A DNA stretch of 64,000 nt from an uncultured Verrucomicrobiae bacterium (GCA_963769025.1 CAVYKI010000012.1:64001-128000), one strand, 5' to 3'. Counted from the first letter of the stretch, positions 40,402 through 51,564 are shown. Notes: generated by a model not told the origin, from the sequence alone. A program made the numbers and translations.

Positions 40402-41685
40402 TCAGCGCAGATCCCGGCGATTCGTCTCCGCGGCGAGCAGGACACTGCCGATCGTCACGACTGCCAGCGCGATCAGATAGAGGGCGATGGGCCACGCCGT
40501 TCCGCCTGACCAAGCGAGCAAGGCCGAGGCGATCAACGGCGCGAGCCCTCCGGCGAAAGGCGCGGCGAGCTGGTAGCCGAGCGACACGCCGGTGTAGCGC
40601 GTGCGTGTGCCGAAGAGTTCGGAAAAGAATGCCGCCTGCGGGCCGTACATCGCGGCGTGGCCGATCATGCCCACCACGATAGCCGTCCACACGAGCGCGG
40701 TGCTTTTCACATCCACGAGCCAGAAAAACGGGAACGCCATCGCGAGCAGAAAGAGCGCGCCTCCGAGATAAACAGGCCTGCGCCCGAAGCGATCCGAGAC
40801 CGCCCCGAAAAACGGAATTGCGAAAAGTTGCGCCGCCGAGCCGAGCAGCACGCCGTTGAGCACCATGCCACGCTCCAGACCGTGCTGCTGCGTGGCGTAG
40901 CTCAGCACCCACACGGTGAAGATGGAAAAGAATGCGTTCTCCGCGAGGCGCGCACCCATGGTCAGCAGGACGTTGCGCCAATGGGTGCGCAGCACTTCGA
41001 GGATCGGCAGCTTCGGAGCGGGCCGTTCGCTTTTCGCCTGCTCGAAGAGCGGGCTCTCCAGCACGTGCATGCGGATGAAAAATCCGATCCCCGTGAGCAG
41101 GATGCCGAGCAGAAACGGCACGCGCCAGCCCCACGAGAAAAACGCCGCCTCCGGCAGCCACGAGAAAATGCTGAAGATTCCCGTGGCAAGGAGCAGCCCG
41201 ACCGGCACGCCCGCCTGCACCCAGCTCGCATACAATCCGCGCCGCCCCTTGCCAGCGTGCTCCACGACCATGAGCACCGCACCGCCCCATTCCCCGCCGA
41301 CGCCGAGCCCCTGCACAAACCTCAGCGCGACCAGCAGCACCGGCGCGAGCATTCCGACCTGCGCGTAGGTGGGCAGCAGGCCGACGCAAAATGTGGCGAC
41401 CCCCATGAGCATGAGGGTGGTGACGAGCATGGACTTGCGCCCCACGCGATCCCCGAAGTGCCCGAACACCACGCCGCCGAGCGGCCGCGCAAAAAAGCCG
41501 ACGGCATACGTGGCGAACGCGGCCATCGTGCCGGTGACCGGGTCGAAGTTTGGAAAGAAGAGCCGGTTGAAGACGAGCGCCGCAGCGGTGCCGTAAAGGA
41601 AGAAATCATACCACTCGATCGCGGTGCCGATGAAGCTCGCGACGACGACACGCCGGATGGATTGCGGGGAGATGGGCTCGGACAT
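40402..41685 (-). CDS. MFS transporter, metabolite:H+ symporter (ShiA-like) family
   Basis: IEWYDFFLYG, RPLGGVVFGHFGDRVGRK, QGLGVGGEWGGA. Confidence 0.93.
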   Translation of the reverse strand: MSEPISPQSIRRVVVASFIGTAIEWYDFFLYGTAAALVFNRLFFPNFDPVTGTMAAFATYAVGFFARPLGGVVFGHFGDRVGRKSMLVTTLMLMGVATFCVGLLPTYAQVGMLAPVLLVALRFVQGLGVGGEWGGAVLMVVEHAGKGRRGLYASWVQAGVPVGLLLATGIFSIFSWLPEAAFFSWGWRVPFLLGILLTGIGFFIRMHVLESPLFEQAKSERPAPKLPILEVLRTHWRNVLLTMGARLAENAFFSIFTVWVLSYATQQHGLERGMVLNGVLLGSAAQLFAIPFFGAVSDRFGRRPVYLGGALFLLAMAFPFFWLVDVKSTALVWTAIVVGMIGHAAMYGPQAAFFSELFGTRTRYTGVSLGYQLAAPFAGGLAPLIASALLAWSGGTAWPIALYLIALAVVTIGSVLLAAETNRRDLR

Positions 41686-41808
41686 GTCGGGGGAAAGCGC
41701 GGGATGCTCGGCGGCTTGCCCTCGCGAAGCAAGGCTGCGGCGTGACGCATGGAGCGCGGCCCTGTTGCAAATGCCGGCAGCCCTGTCCACCATCGCGGGA
41801 CGCTCCCC

Positions 41809-42570
41809 ATGAACATCACCATCGCCCTGAATGGAAAAATCGCGCTGATCACCGGAGCCTCGCAAGGTATCGGTGCGCAAGTCGCCCGCACGTTTCACGC
41901 GGCGGGTGCGGGCGTGGTGCTGAATCATCCCGGCATCGGCACGACGGGCGACGATGCACGGCGTCTCGCCGCGGAACTCAACGCCGTGCGCGCCGGCAGC
42001 GCCGATGTGATCGCGGCGGATGTCTCGAAGCCGGAGCAGGTGCAGGCGATGATGCGCGAGATCCAGACGCGGCACGGCGGCCTCGACTTTCTGATCAACA
42101 ACGCCGCCATCCTCAAGGATCGCACCATCGCGAAGATGAGCCTGGATGAGTGGGACGCCGTGATCGGCGTGAATCTCTCCGGCGTCTTCCACTGCTGCAA
42201 ATACGCGCTGGAGATCATGCGCGACCACGGGGCCGTCGTCAGCTTCGGCAGCATCGCCGCGATTCAGGGATTCTTCGGCCAGGCCAATTACGCCTCCGCC
42301 AAGGCCGGCGTGCAGGCGATGATGCGCGTGCTGAGCCGCGAGGCGGCGCGGAGAAACATCCGTGCAAACGCCATCGCTCCGGGCGTGATCGACACGAGCA
42401 TGGCCGCGACGATCCCGGAAAGTGTGCGCGTTGAAATGATGAAGAACATCCCGCTCGGCCGATTCGGCACGGTGGAGGAGGTCGCGAATGTCGTGCTCTT
42501 TCTCTGCTCGCCGCTCGCGTCGTACGTCACCGGCCAGACCATCGAGATCAATGGAGGCTGGCGCGGCTAG
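41809..42570 (+). CDS. SDR oxidoreductase, FabG/PhaB-like 3-oxoacyl reductase
   Basis: TGASQGIG, NNAAI, GQANYASAK, YVTGQTIEINGG. Confidence 0.92.
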   Translation: MNITIALNGKIALITGASQGIGAQVARTFHAAGAGVVLNHPGIGTTGDDARRLAAELNAVRAGSADVIAADVSKPEQVQAMMREIQTRHGGLDFLINNAAILKDRTIAKMSLDEWDAVIGVNLSGVFHCCKYALEIMRDHGAVVSFGSIAAIQGFFGQANYASAKAGVQAMMRVLSREAARRNIRANAIAPGVIDTSMAATIPESVRVEMMKNIPLGRFGTVEEVANVVLFLCSPLASYVTGQTIEINGGWRG

Positions 42571-42572
42571 GG

Positions 42573-44087
42573 ATGCGCGCAGCAGCCATCCACGCCACTG
42601 CCGATGAAGCCGTCGCCGCGATCCCGGCGGGCGCGACGGTGGCCGTGGGCGGGTTTGTCGGCGCGGGCCATCCCGAGCTGCTCACCGCCGCGCTGGAGCG
42701 TCGTTTTCTCAGAACCGGAACACCACGGGATCTCACGCTCTACTACTGCGCAGGGCAGGGCGACCGTGCGGAGCGCGGGCTGAATCACCTCGCGCACAAG
42801 GGGCTCATCAAGCGGGTCATCGGCGGCCATTGGAACCTTGCGCCGAAGCTCGGAGCGCTCGCGCTGGCGAACGAGATCGAAGCCTACAATTTTCCGCAAG
42901 GCGTGCTCAGCGTGCTGCTGCGCGAGATCGCGGCGAAGCGGCCGGGACTGATCACGAGGATCGGCCTGAACACATTCATCGATCCGGCGCAAAGCGGAGG
43001 ACGCATGAACGCGCGCACCGTGGAGCCGCTGGTGGAACGCATCGAACTCGATGGGCAGGATTGGCTGCGCTACAGGCCGCTGCCGATCCACGTCGGCCTC
43101 ATCCGCGCGACGCATGCGGATGCCCGCGGCAACCTGAGCATGGAACGAGAGGGAATGATCGGCGAGGTGCTGCCGATCGCGCAGGCGGCGAAAAACCACG
43201 GCGGCATCGTGATCGCGCAGGTCGAGGCGATCGTGGATCAGATCCCGGACCCGAAGTCCGTCCGCGTGCCGGGCATCCTCGTGGATTACGTCGTCGCCAG
43301 CGGCGGCGTGCAGCATGACCAGACTTTTGGGACGGTATTCACGGAGGACTTCGTGCGGACGGGCAATGCGCCGTCCCCACTGCCGGCGATGCCATTTTCC
43401 GAGCGGAAGATCATCGGGCAACGCGCGCTGCGGGAAATCCGCGCGGGAGACATCGTGAATCTCGGCATCGGCCTGCCGGAAAGCGTGGCGATGGTCGCCG
43501 CGGAGACCGGGCGGCTCAGCGAGTTTACCCTCACGGTCGAGAGCGGCCCGACCGGCGGCGTGCCGGCTTCGGGACTCAGTTTCGGGTGCAGCCATTTTCC
43601 CGAGGCGATCATCGATCAGCCGGCGCAGTTTGATTTTTACGACGGCGGCGGGCTCGACATCGGGGTGCTCGGCGCGGTGGAGGTGGATGCGGAAGGCAGC
43701 GTGAACGTCGCGAGCTTCGCCGGCCGATTCTCCGGCGTCGGCGGGTTTGTGAACATCGCGCAGTCTGCAAAGCGGCTCGTATTCTGCCTCACGCTGCGCG
43801 CGGGCGAACTTGAGGTGGCGATGAAGGACGGTCGGCTCGCCATCGTGAAGGAAGGCCGCCATGCGAAATTCGTGCGCGCGATTCAGCACGTGTGTTTCCA
43901 CGGCCCCACCGCGGTCGCTGCCGGACAGGAAGTGCTCTACGTGACCGAGCGCGCGGTGTTCAAACTCACGCCTCAGGGTTTGCAACTTACCGAGGTGGCC
44001 GACGGCATCGACCTGCAAAGGCAGGTGCTCGACCAGATGGAATTCACTCCCGTAATCAGCGCCGCGCCGAAGCCAATGCCCCTCTGA
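42573..44087 (+). CDS. Family I CoA-transferase, fused alpha/beta (YdiF/propionate CoA-transferase type)
   Basis: YNFPQG, GLNTFIDP, VNLGIGLP, TVESG (catalytic Glu), QFDFYDGGGLD, GGFVNIAQ. Confidence 0.92.
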   Translation: MRAAAIHATADEAVAAIPAGATVAVGGFVGAGHPELLTAALERRFLRTGTPRDLTLYYCAGQGDRAERGLNHLAHKGLIKRVIGGHWNLAPKLGALALANEIEAYNFPQGVLSVLLREIAAKRPGLITRIGLNTFIDPAQSGGRMNARTVEPLVERIELDGQDWLRYRPLPIHVGLIRATHADARGNLSMEREGMIGEVLPIAQAAKNHGGIVIAQVEAIVDQIPDPKSVRVPGILVDYVVASGGVQHDQTFGTVFTEDFVRTGNAPSPLPAMPFSERKIIGQRALREIRAGDIVNLGIGLPESVAMVAAETGRLSEFTLTVESGPTGGVPASGLSFGCSHFPEAIIDQPAQFDFYDGGGLDIGVLGAVEVDAEGSVNVASFAGRFSGVGGFVNIAQSAKRLVFCLTLRAGELEVAMKDGRLAIVKEGRHAKFVRAIQHVCFHGPTAVAAGQEVLYVTERAVFKLTPQGLQLTEVADGIDLQRQVLDQMEFTPVISAAPKPMPL

Positions 44088-44094
44088 ACTTCCC

Positions 44095-45249
44095 ATGAAA
44101 CCTGTCCACATCATCGAAGCGAGGCGTTCACCCATCGGCAGGTTTGGCGGGGGCTTGAAATCACTGAGCGCGGCAGACCTCGCGTGTGCCGTGGCGGATG
44201 CAGTCGTCGCGCAGGCGCTGCGCGAGCACATCGGGCAGGTCATCCTCGGACAGGTGATTTCCGCGGGCAGCGGGATGAATGTCGCTCGGCAGGTCGGGCT
44301 GAAGCTCGGGATCCCGCAGCAAGCGCCCGCGTTCACCGTGAACATGGCGTGCGGCTCCTCGCTGAAAGCCGCCGCCCTCGGCGCGAGTGCGATCGCGTGC
44401 GGCGAAAGCGATCTCGTTCTTGCGGGTGGCGTGGAGTCGATGAGCCGCGCCCCGCACTACGTCACGGACCTGCGCTGGGGCAAAAAGCTCGGGGATTCCG
44501 CGATGCAGGACGCGAACTTTGTGGACGGCCTCACGGATCCCACGCTCCAGATCGGCATGGGCGAGACCGCGGAGCGCATCGCGGACAAGCACGGCATCTC
44601 GCGCGCGGAGCAGGATGCCTTTGCAGCGCGCAGCCAGAGCCGCGCGGCCGCGTGCCCTGAAAATTTTGCTCGCGAGATCGTCGCGGTGACGGGCCGCGAC
44701 GGAACGATCACCGCGGATGAACACCCGCGAGCGGATACCACCGTCGAAACGCTCGCGAAGCTGAAGCCCGCCTTTCGCAAGGACGGCACGGTGACGGCAG
44801 GGAATGCCTCCGGCATCAACGACGGCGCGGCGATGGTGCTGCTCGCGGGCGACGCGGCAGTGCAGGCGCACCACCTCAAGCCGCGCGCACGCATCGTGGC
44901 CTCCGCCGCAGTCGGCTGCGACCCGGCGGTGATGGGACTCGGGCCCGTCCGTGCGATTCGGAAACTGTGCGCCATCACGGGCTGGGCGCTGGACGACGTG
45001 GACGCCATCGAGATCAACGAAGCCTTCGCCGTGCAGACGCTGGGCTGCGTGCGCGAACTCGGACTCGACATTGAAAAGCTCAACCAGCGAGGGGGAGCCA
45101 TCGCGCTCGGACACCCGATCGGCGCGAGTGGCGCACGCGTGCTCGTGACGCTGCTGCACCTCATGGAGGACAAGAATTTCAAGCGCGGCATCGCCAGCCT
45201 GTGCATCGGCGGCGGGATGGGGATCGCGATAGCGATCGAGCGGATGTGA
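44095..45249 (+). CDS. Acetyl-CoA C-acyltransferase (thiolase)
   Basis: VNMACGSSL, EINEAFA, GHPIGASGAR, SLCIGGGMG. Confidence 0.95.
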   Translation: MKPVHIIEARRSPIGRFGGGLKSLSAADLACAVADAVVAQALREHIGQVILGQVISAGSGMNVARQVGLKLGIPQQAPAFTVNMACGSSLKAAALGASAIACGESDLVLAGGVESMSRAPHYVTDLRWGKKLGDSAMQDANFVDGLTDPTLQIGMGETAERIADKHGISRAEQDAFAARSQSRAAACPENFAREIVAVTGRDGTITADEHPRADTTVETLAKLKPAFRKDGTVTAGNASGINDGAAMVLLAGDAAVQAHHLKPRARIVASAAVGCDPAVMGLGPVRAIRKLCAITGWALDDVDAIEINEAFAVQTLGCVRELGLDIEKLNQRGGAIALGHPIGASGARVLVTLLHLMEDKNFKRGIASLCIGGGMGIAIAIERM

Positions 45250-45290
45250 CGAGAACGCTTCCGTTCCATATCACCTTCTGCACCGCATCT

Positions 45291-45316
45291 GCAGCGTGCC
45301 TCTTTCGCTGCTTTTT
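45291..45316 (+). terminator. Candidate intrinsic terminator after the thiolase
   Basis: gcagcg-9 nt-cgctgc followed by ttttt. Confidence 0.5.
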
Positions 45317-45349
45317 GGAACGCCAGGGCAGCCCGTCTCCTCCACGCGC

Positions 45350-47427
45350 CTACGCGACCTGGCGCAGCGCTTCGATGGGGTTCATCATCGCGGCGCGGCG
45401 CGCCGGGTAGAGGCCGAAGACAATCCCAATCACGACGGAGATCCCGAACGCCACGGGAAGCGACCACGGAACGACGATGGGCGTCATCGTGCGAACGGTG
45501 TCGGGGAGCGCGCTCATCGCCCTCGGAAATGCGTTGAGCAGCAACTTCATCGTCAGCGCGAGGACGGGCGTGCATGCGAGTCCGCCGATGATTCCCGTGA
45601 GACCGCCGGCGACCGACAGCGAGACGGTCTCGACGAGAAATTGCCGCGTGATGTCGCGACGCCGCGCGCCAATTGCGCGCCGGATTCCGATTTCCCGCGT
45701 CCGCTCGGTCACGGTGGCGAGCATGATGTTCATGATGCCGATGCCGCCGACCACGAGGGAAATCGCGGCGACCATGCCCATCATCGCGATGAACATGAGC
45801 CGCGTGTTGCGGGCCTGCTCGAGCAGTTCCAGCGGGACGGTGATCGTGTAGTCATCGCGGCTGTGCGTGCGGGCGAGGCTCCGGCGGACGATCTCCGCCG
45901 TGTCCACGATCTGGCTTTGGTCGGCGAGGGAAAGGGTCACTTGCGAGACGATCGGAATGCCACTTTCCGTCTTGCCGTAAAAATCGTAGATGAGAGTCCA
46001 GACCGCGGTGATTGGGATGTAGACGTCGCGGGAAAAATCCTGCCCGGCGCGCGCGCCGGGGATCGCGACATCAGCCCCGCGTGGCTTCAGCACGCCGACG
46101 ACCTGGTAGTAGTCCGCGGCGATGTGAATCGAGCGACCGATCGGGTCTTCGTAACTGAACAGCTCGTTTGCCGCCTCCGCGGAAAGCACGCAGACCTTTG
46201 CGCCGGGTCTCGACATCGGTGTCGGTGAAAAGATTTCCGCGCGCGAGCTGCATGCGGTTGATCTGGAAGTAGCCGCCGGTCGTTCCGACGAGCCGTCCGA
46301 TGAAGTGATTTCTCCCGTAGCGAAAAATCGCGGCGCGGCAATTCACGCACCGGCACCACCTGGGCGATGCTCGGGATGGTCGCGGCGAGATCCTCGTAAT
46401 CCTGGCGCGTGACGCCGTAGTAGCGGGACTTCCGGCTCGTCTGGCTCGCAGCGGGGCTTGCGGTGCTGATGAGGATGTTTTTCGCGCCCAACAGCGCGAT
46501 CTGCTGCTGGGCCTTGGCGCTGATTCCTTCGCCGATGGCGAGCAGCCAGATGACGCTGGCGACGCCGATGAAGATGCCGAGGATGGTGAGCAGCGAGCGC
46601 AGCGGATAGACGAGCAGGCTGTGCACGCCGAGCTGCACGGTCCGCCAATGCAACCGGAGGGACGCCGCGAGTCGCGCACGCCAGGTCGCGGGCTCGATGC
46701 CGGCGGCGGGCGGCGCGACATCGGGCTGTGCCTCGACTTCGCGCGCGCGGGTGTCGGATTGGATCACGCCGTCCCTGAGCCGCACGACGCGGCGGGCGTG
46801 GAGGGCCACTTCATCCTCGTGGGTGACGAGGACGATCGTCTTTCCGTCGGCGTTCAGCCGGTCGAGCAGCGCGAGAATTTCCTGCGTCGTCACCGAATCG
46901 AGATTCCCGGTCGGCTCGTCGGCGAGGATGTAGCGCGGGTTGTTGACGAGGCTGCGCGCGATGCCCGCCCGCTGCTGCTGGCCGCCGGAAAGCTCAAACG
47001 GCCGGTGCTCCAGCCGATCGCCGAGCCCGACGAGTTTCGCGAGCTCGCGGCACCGCTGCCGCCCCTCCGGCGTGATGTGGCCCTGATAGTACAGCGGCGC
47101 CTCGATGTTCTCGATGACGGTGAGCTGCGGGATCGAGGTTGTAGCTTTGAAAAACGAAGCCGATGCTGCGACGCGCGCATGGCGGCGAGACTGTCGTCGT
47201 CCAGTTCCGCGACGTTATGGGCTCGCCAGTTGGAAACGTCCGCCGGTCGGCTTGTCGAGGCACCCGAGGAGGTTGAGCAGCGTGCTTTTTCCAGAGCCCG
47301 ACGGGCCCATGATCGCGACGTAGTCGCCCTCGGGAATATCGAGATCGATCCCCTTCAGCACGGGCACCGCTTCCTCGCCGAGGAAGTAGTCCTTGCGAAG
47401 GTCTTCGAGCCGGATGGCCGGCTTCAA
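45350..47427 (-). CDS. macB: MacB-type fused ABC ATPase/permease, several frameshifts
   Basis: GPSGSGKST, IGFVFQSYNL, LSGGQQQR, LADEPTGNLD, RSLLTILGIFIG, GGIGIMNIMLATVTERTREIGIRRAIGA, PIEALR spread over several frames. Confidence 0.85.
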
Positions 47428-47450
47428 CGTGAGGCAGTCCGTGGCTTGGC

Positions 47451-49040
47451 TTATGGCTTGGCGAGCGCCGGAAGCGCGGTGTGGATCATCGCCGATTGCG
47501 TCTTCGTCTGAGGCTTGACGGAGATGCGCTTCCTGTCCGGTGCAGCCTTGGTCTTCGGCTTGATGATGGCAGCCGGCAGCTCCACGAAGTCTTCGTAGTT
47601 CTGCGGGGCGAGGACGACCGACTGGCCCACATCCACACCGGATTCGATGACGACGGTCTTGTCGTTGGCGAGACCGAGGATGACTTCGCGGGCTTCCAGA
47701 CGGTTGCCGTCAATCGTCACCAGAGTGAAGAAACGTCGATCGCGCTCCATCACGGCCGGCAGCGGGACCTGGACGGCGGTGTCCAGATTCTGCACCTCGA
47801 TGGCCACCTGTGCCGTCATTCCCGCGCGCAGTCCCGGGTTCGGGTTGTGAATCTCGATCTGCGTCGCGTACTCCTTGAAGGTGCTGTAGGCGATCTGGCT
47901 CGGCAGCGGGTATTCGCTCACGTCGCGCACGGTGCCCTGCATTTCCGTGGCGGGGAATGCATCCACCTTGATCCGCACGTTCATGCCGACTTTCACCCGA
48001 TCGACGCGCGACTCGTTGATGCGCGCGGTCACCTGCATGCGTCGCGGATCCGGGAGGCGGATGATCACCTGCCGCTCGCGGACCAGCTTGCCCTCGGCGA
48101 TCAAAGGCTCGCCGGTGGAATTGCGCGGATCGTTGGCGTAGACGACCTGGCCCGAGGTGGGGGCGAGGATGTTGCATTTCTGAATCTGCGTCTGGACCTG
48201 CACGAGCTTGTCGTTGTCCAGCGCATGGGTGTTTTCACGCGACCGCAGCCGGGCCTCGGCGATTTCGAAATCCGCCTTCAGCTTGTTCAGCGTCTTCTGC
48301 TTGGTGAGCCGGTGCAGGATGTCGAGCTTGGTGCGGGAGCTTGCCAGCTCCTTGCGGCACTTTTCCACGGAGAAACGATCCGCCTCCAACTGGACCTCGG
48401 TGACGTAGCCGCGGGAGGCGAGCCGCTCGCTGTAGCGCAGGTATTCCTCGGCGCGCCGCAGGTTTTCCTTTGCCACGAATTCCTCGCTCTCGATCGTCTG
48501 CTGCTCCTGGAGGAACGTGCCGGTCTCGTATTCCTTGAGCGCGAGCTTGGTGGACTCGACCTCCGCCTGCGCCTCCACCACCGAGGCGCGGCTGGTGTTG
48601 CAGGTGATCTGTTGCTGCACGAAATCGGCCTGAAGCGCCGAGTCGTCCAGCTTCACGAGAAAGTCGTCCTTGTTCACGTACGTGCCTTCCGGGACGATCT
48701 GGATGATCGCCGTCCCCAATGAACCACGCCCCTGCACTTCGCAGCGTGCCTCGATGTTGCTGGAGCTTTCGATCTCCCCGCGCTCGACCACTTCCTGCTG
48801 GAAGGGAGCATTCGTCACAAGCGCCGTCACCGGTGGCGGCTGATCGCGGCCCCAGGTCTGGATTTTGTTGCGGCTTTTCAGGAAAAACGGGCTGGCGATC
48901 CCGGCGATGAGCACCAGTGCGATGCCCGCCTTCGCCGCTTTCCCGCGGAACCACGCCCGCCCGCCCTTTCCCTGAGGCGCCACCTCGCGCTGCGGATCGG
49001 GAAGGGTCGTCGTGGAAGCGTTCTCGGAATCTGCTGGCAT
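47451..49040 (-). CDS. Periplasmic adaptor (HlyD/MacA-like)
   Basis: N-terminal TM, IVPEGTYV...LVKLD lipoyl half, long coiled coil, ILAPTSGQV, LRAGMTA. Confidence 0.88.
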   Translation of the reverse strand: MPADSENASTTTLPDPQREVAPQGKGGRAWFRGKAAKAGIALVLIAGIASPFFLKSRNKIQTWGRDQPPPVTALVTNAPFQQEVVERGEIESSSNIEARCEVQGRGSLGTAIIQIVPEGTYVNKDDFLVKLDDSALQADFVQQQITCNTSRASVVEAQAEVESTKLALKEYETGTFLQEQQTIESEEFVAKENLRRAEEYLRYSERLASRGYVTEVQLEADRFSVEKCRKELASSRTKLDILHRLTKQKTLNKLKADFEIAEARLRSRENTHALDNDKLVQVQTQIQKCNILAPTSGQVVYANDPRNSTGEPLIAEGKLVRERQVIIRLPDPRRMQVTARINESRVDRVKVGMNVRIKVDAFPATEMQGTVRDVSEYPLPSQIAYSTFKEYATQIEIHNPNPGLRAGMTAQVAIEVQNLDTAVQVPLPAVMERDRRFFTLVTIDGNRLEAREVILGLANDKTVVIESGVDVGQSVVLAPQNYEDFVELPAAIIKPKTKAAPDRKRISVKPQTKTQSAMIHTALPALAKP

Positions 49041-49059
49041 CGGTCGATGGATAATAGTG

Positions 49060-51564
49060 TCAGCGGGTCAACCGCCGGGCCGTGTCTTGCTTGGGTGTCG
49101 CGGTCGAAATCATTGTCCACTTGGCGAGCCGTTTCCGGATGGCATCTTCGGAGATGTCGCCGGGGTCCGCCCACCGTCCATCGGGCCCGAACCGCATCGT
49201 GCCGATTTCAAAATCGAGCAGCATGCGGATGACCTGGTAGCTCACCCACACGCTCAGGAAATCGTTCTGGGCCTGGAGCAGGTCGCTGAGCGCGGAGACC
49301 AAATCCCGGGCGGTCGTGGCCCCGAACTGCGCGACTGCTCCGGGACGCGGCGGTTCATCGAGCCGCAGGCGCGCAAGGTCCACCTGCGAAATCGCGATCT
49401 GCACGGCATCGCGGCGCAGCTCAAAGTTGAGCTGGCTCAGGTCCACGATTCGGATGGTGTTACGGAGGCTCAACTGCACCCGATCCTCGAACTCGTTCAG
49501 GCTCCGGCGGGACCGCTGATAATTGATGAGCGCCTCGCGGTAGTCGTTGCGTTCCGCAAGGCGCGTGAGCGGGCTGTCGAACTGGAGGCCGAACTTGAGG
49601 TTGCCGTTTCGCGCATCGAGGCGCGTCCAGTCGTTCTGGATCGAGCCCATGCTCCCGCTGGCGGTGAGATTGACGGTGCTCAAAAGCGCATTCGCGTTGA
49701 AATCAATCTGCCGCCAGCTGTCCACGAGCCGCGCGCGCGCGTTCATCCAGTCGAGCCGGTTTTCCCGCGCGATGGCGAGGGCGCTGTCCGCCGTGAGGTC
49801 CACCTGCGGCAGGATCAGCGTCTCGAGCCGCGAAGCGGTCTGGTCGAGGGAAAGCGCGAGCAACAGTCCGGACAGCGACGACGCGAGTTCGCTGAGTTTC
49901 GCCCGCGCGGGCTCCAGTTCCATGCTTTCCATGTCCGCCCCGTAGGTGCGCAGCGCGGCGAATGCCGTGTCCACATCCTTCGACATCGCCGGGAGGCGTT
50001 GCTCGAGCAGTGCGATTTTCGCCGCCAGCCTCGATGTCTCAAAGCGGCCGGGCTCGATGCTGAGCGTGGCGAGATCCTTGCGCCGCTGCAGGCGGACGAG
50101 CTGGCGCTGGCGCTCCGGCAGGTTCCTGCGCGCTCTCGCGAGGTCGGCCTCCATCCTTACGAGCTGGCTGTGGAACGAGGTTTCCAGCCCCAGGACCGTG
50201 CCCAGATGCGTGCGCAACTGATCCTTGCCCTTGATGACGTCCCGGTTGCGGATGACTTCCAGTTCGTCGCTGAGCGTGCGGCTGATGGCGGTCGTCGCCT
50301 TGTCCGTGAGCGCGAGGCTGTCGAGCATCGGGTCTTTGACCAGCACGGGGAGGCCCGGCGGCAGGCCGAGCTCCAACTTGTAATTGTCCAGCCGCGTCTG
50401 GTACGCCGCCAGCGTGGACAGCATGGAACTTTGCCCGCTGTAGAGCGCCTGCCGCGCCTGGTCCACCTGCAACCGGCTCGGGATGCGCCCCGCGTCGAAC
50501 GCCGCCTCCAACTGATCCAGACTCTCGCGCAGCCGCGCGACGTTGCCCTCCAAATTCGTGATCCGCTGCTGCTCCTCGAGCAGCCCCATGAGCCCGTCGG
50601 CTCGCGGCGCGCCGATGGTTCCCGATGGCGTGCCGGCGATGAGACCCAGCCCCGTTGCGCCGACTGAGCCGCTCCGCGAGGGGCCTTCGCCGGCGTTCCG
50701 CCCGGCGGTGATGCGAATGTAATAGCCGTGCTGGAACTGCTCCATCTGCCGCACATTCGCGAGCAGGCTGCGCTCGGACTGCGTCAGGGATTCGAGCACG
50801 CGGGCGCGACCGCCGAGCCGGAGCAGCGGCTGGATGAGGCTGAAATTCAGCAGCGAGCTCGAAGAGTGCACCGCCGAGCCGTTGAACTCCCACACGAGCG
50901 TGTTTGCGAGTCCCGCCAGCAGTTCGCCGCCACCCGCGGAAAGCCAGCGCACGCTGCCATCCGTGACCACGGAGGCCTGCCGTGGCGCAGTCTTGCCCGC
51001 CTGGATGGAGCCCTTCGTCGTGTACGTCCCCGTGCTGCCGAGGGAAAATTGCGCGTCGAAACGGAACCGCTCGAACGTCACATCGAGCGCGGAAAGGTAG
51101 ATGTCCTCGCGCTCCGTCTGGAAATCCCGCGAGTTCTTGAGCGCAATCTGCACGGCGCTGCGGAGATTCAGCATCACGTTGCCCGCCTTGTCGCGCGGCA
51201 AGGCAGCCAGCCACGCATCCGAAACGACCGGCCCGCCATCCGTGGAGCTGCGCCACGACGAAGGCCCGCGCTTTCCGTCCACGCGCTCCATCAGCTCATG
51301 CGAGGCCGGATCGTCCGGCGGCATCGGCGGATGATCGGGATCGCCGGGGTCGAAAAGCCGAGAGTCCTCCGGGGCCTGGACCGAGGGGAGCGTGAGCGCC
51401 CAGCGGGGATCGTCCGCCTTGTCCGAGATCAGGCGGTTCACTTCCCGATCCGCGCTCTTGCGGTAATACGCCCGCGTGCAACCGGCGATGGAGGCAGCGA
51501 GCAACGCGAGGGCGAGGGACCATGTTGCCCCGGGGTAGCGGGACAAAAAGCGCGGCCTGATCAT
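49060..51564 (-). CDS. Large TolC-family outer-membrane lipoprotein
   Basis: Lipobox SIAGC; ALKNSRDFQ...ALDVTFERFRF; ARENRLDWMNAR; ERNDYR; first gene of the HlyD/MacB operon. Confidence 0.8.
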   Translation of the reverse strand: MIRPRFLSRYPGATWSLALALLAASIAGCTRAYYRKSADREVNRLISDKADDPRWALTLPSVQAPEDSRLFDPGDPDHPPMPPDDPASHELMERVDGKRGPSSWRSSTDGGPVVSDAWLAALPRDKAGNVMLNLRSAVQIALKNSRDFQTEREDIYLSALDVTFERFRFDAQFSLGSTGTYTTKGSIQAGKTAPRQASVVTDGSVRWLSAGGGELLAGLANTLVWEFNGSAVHSSSSLLNFSLIQPLLRLGGRARVLESLTQSERSLLANVRQMEQFQHGYYIRITAGRNAGEGPSRSGSVGATGLGLIAGTPSGTIGAPRADGLMGLLEEQQRITNLEGNVARLRESLDQLEAAFDAGRIPSRLQVDQARQALYSGQSSMLSTLAAYQTRLDNYKLELGLPPGLPVLVKDPMLDSLALTDKATTAISRTLSDELEVIRNRDVIKGKDQLRTHLGTVLGLETSFHSQLVRMEADLARARRNLPERQRQLVRLQRRKDLATLSIEPGRFETSRLAAKIALLEQRLPAMSKDVDTAFAALRTYGADMESMELEPARAKLSELASSLSGLLLALSLDQTASRLETLILPQVDLTADSALAIARENRLDWMNARARLVDSWRQIDFNANALLSTVNLTASGSMGSIQNDWTRLDARNGNLKFGLQFDSPLTRLAERNDYREALINYQRSRRSLNEFEDRVQLSLRNTIRIVDLSQLNFELRRDAVQIAISQVDLARLRLDEPPRPGAVAQFGATTARDLVSALSDLLQAQNDFLSVWVSYQVIRMLLDFEIGTMRFGPDGRWADPGDISEDAIRKRLAKWTMISTATPKQDTARRLTR

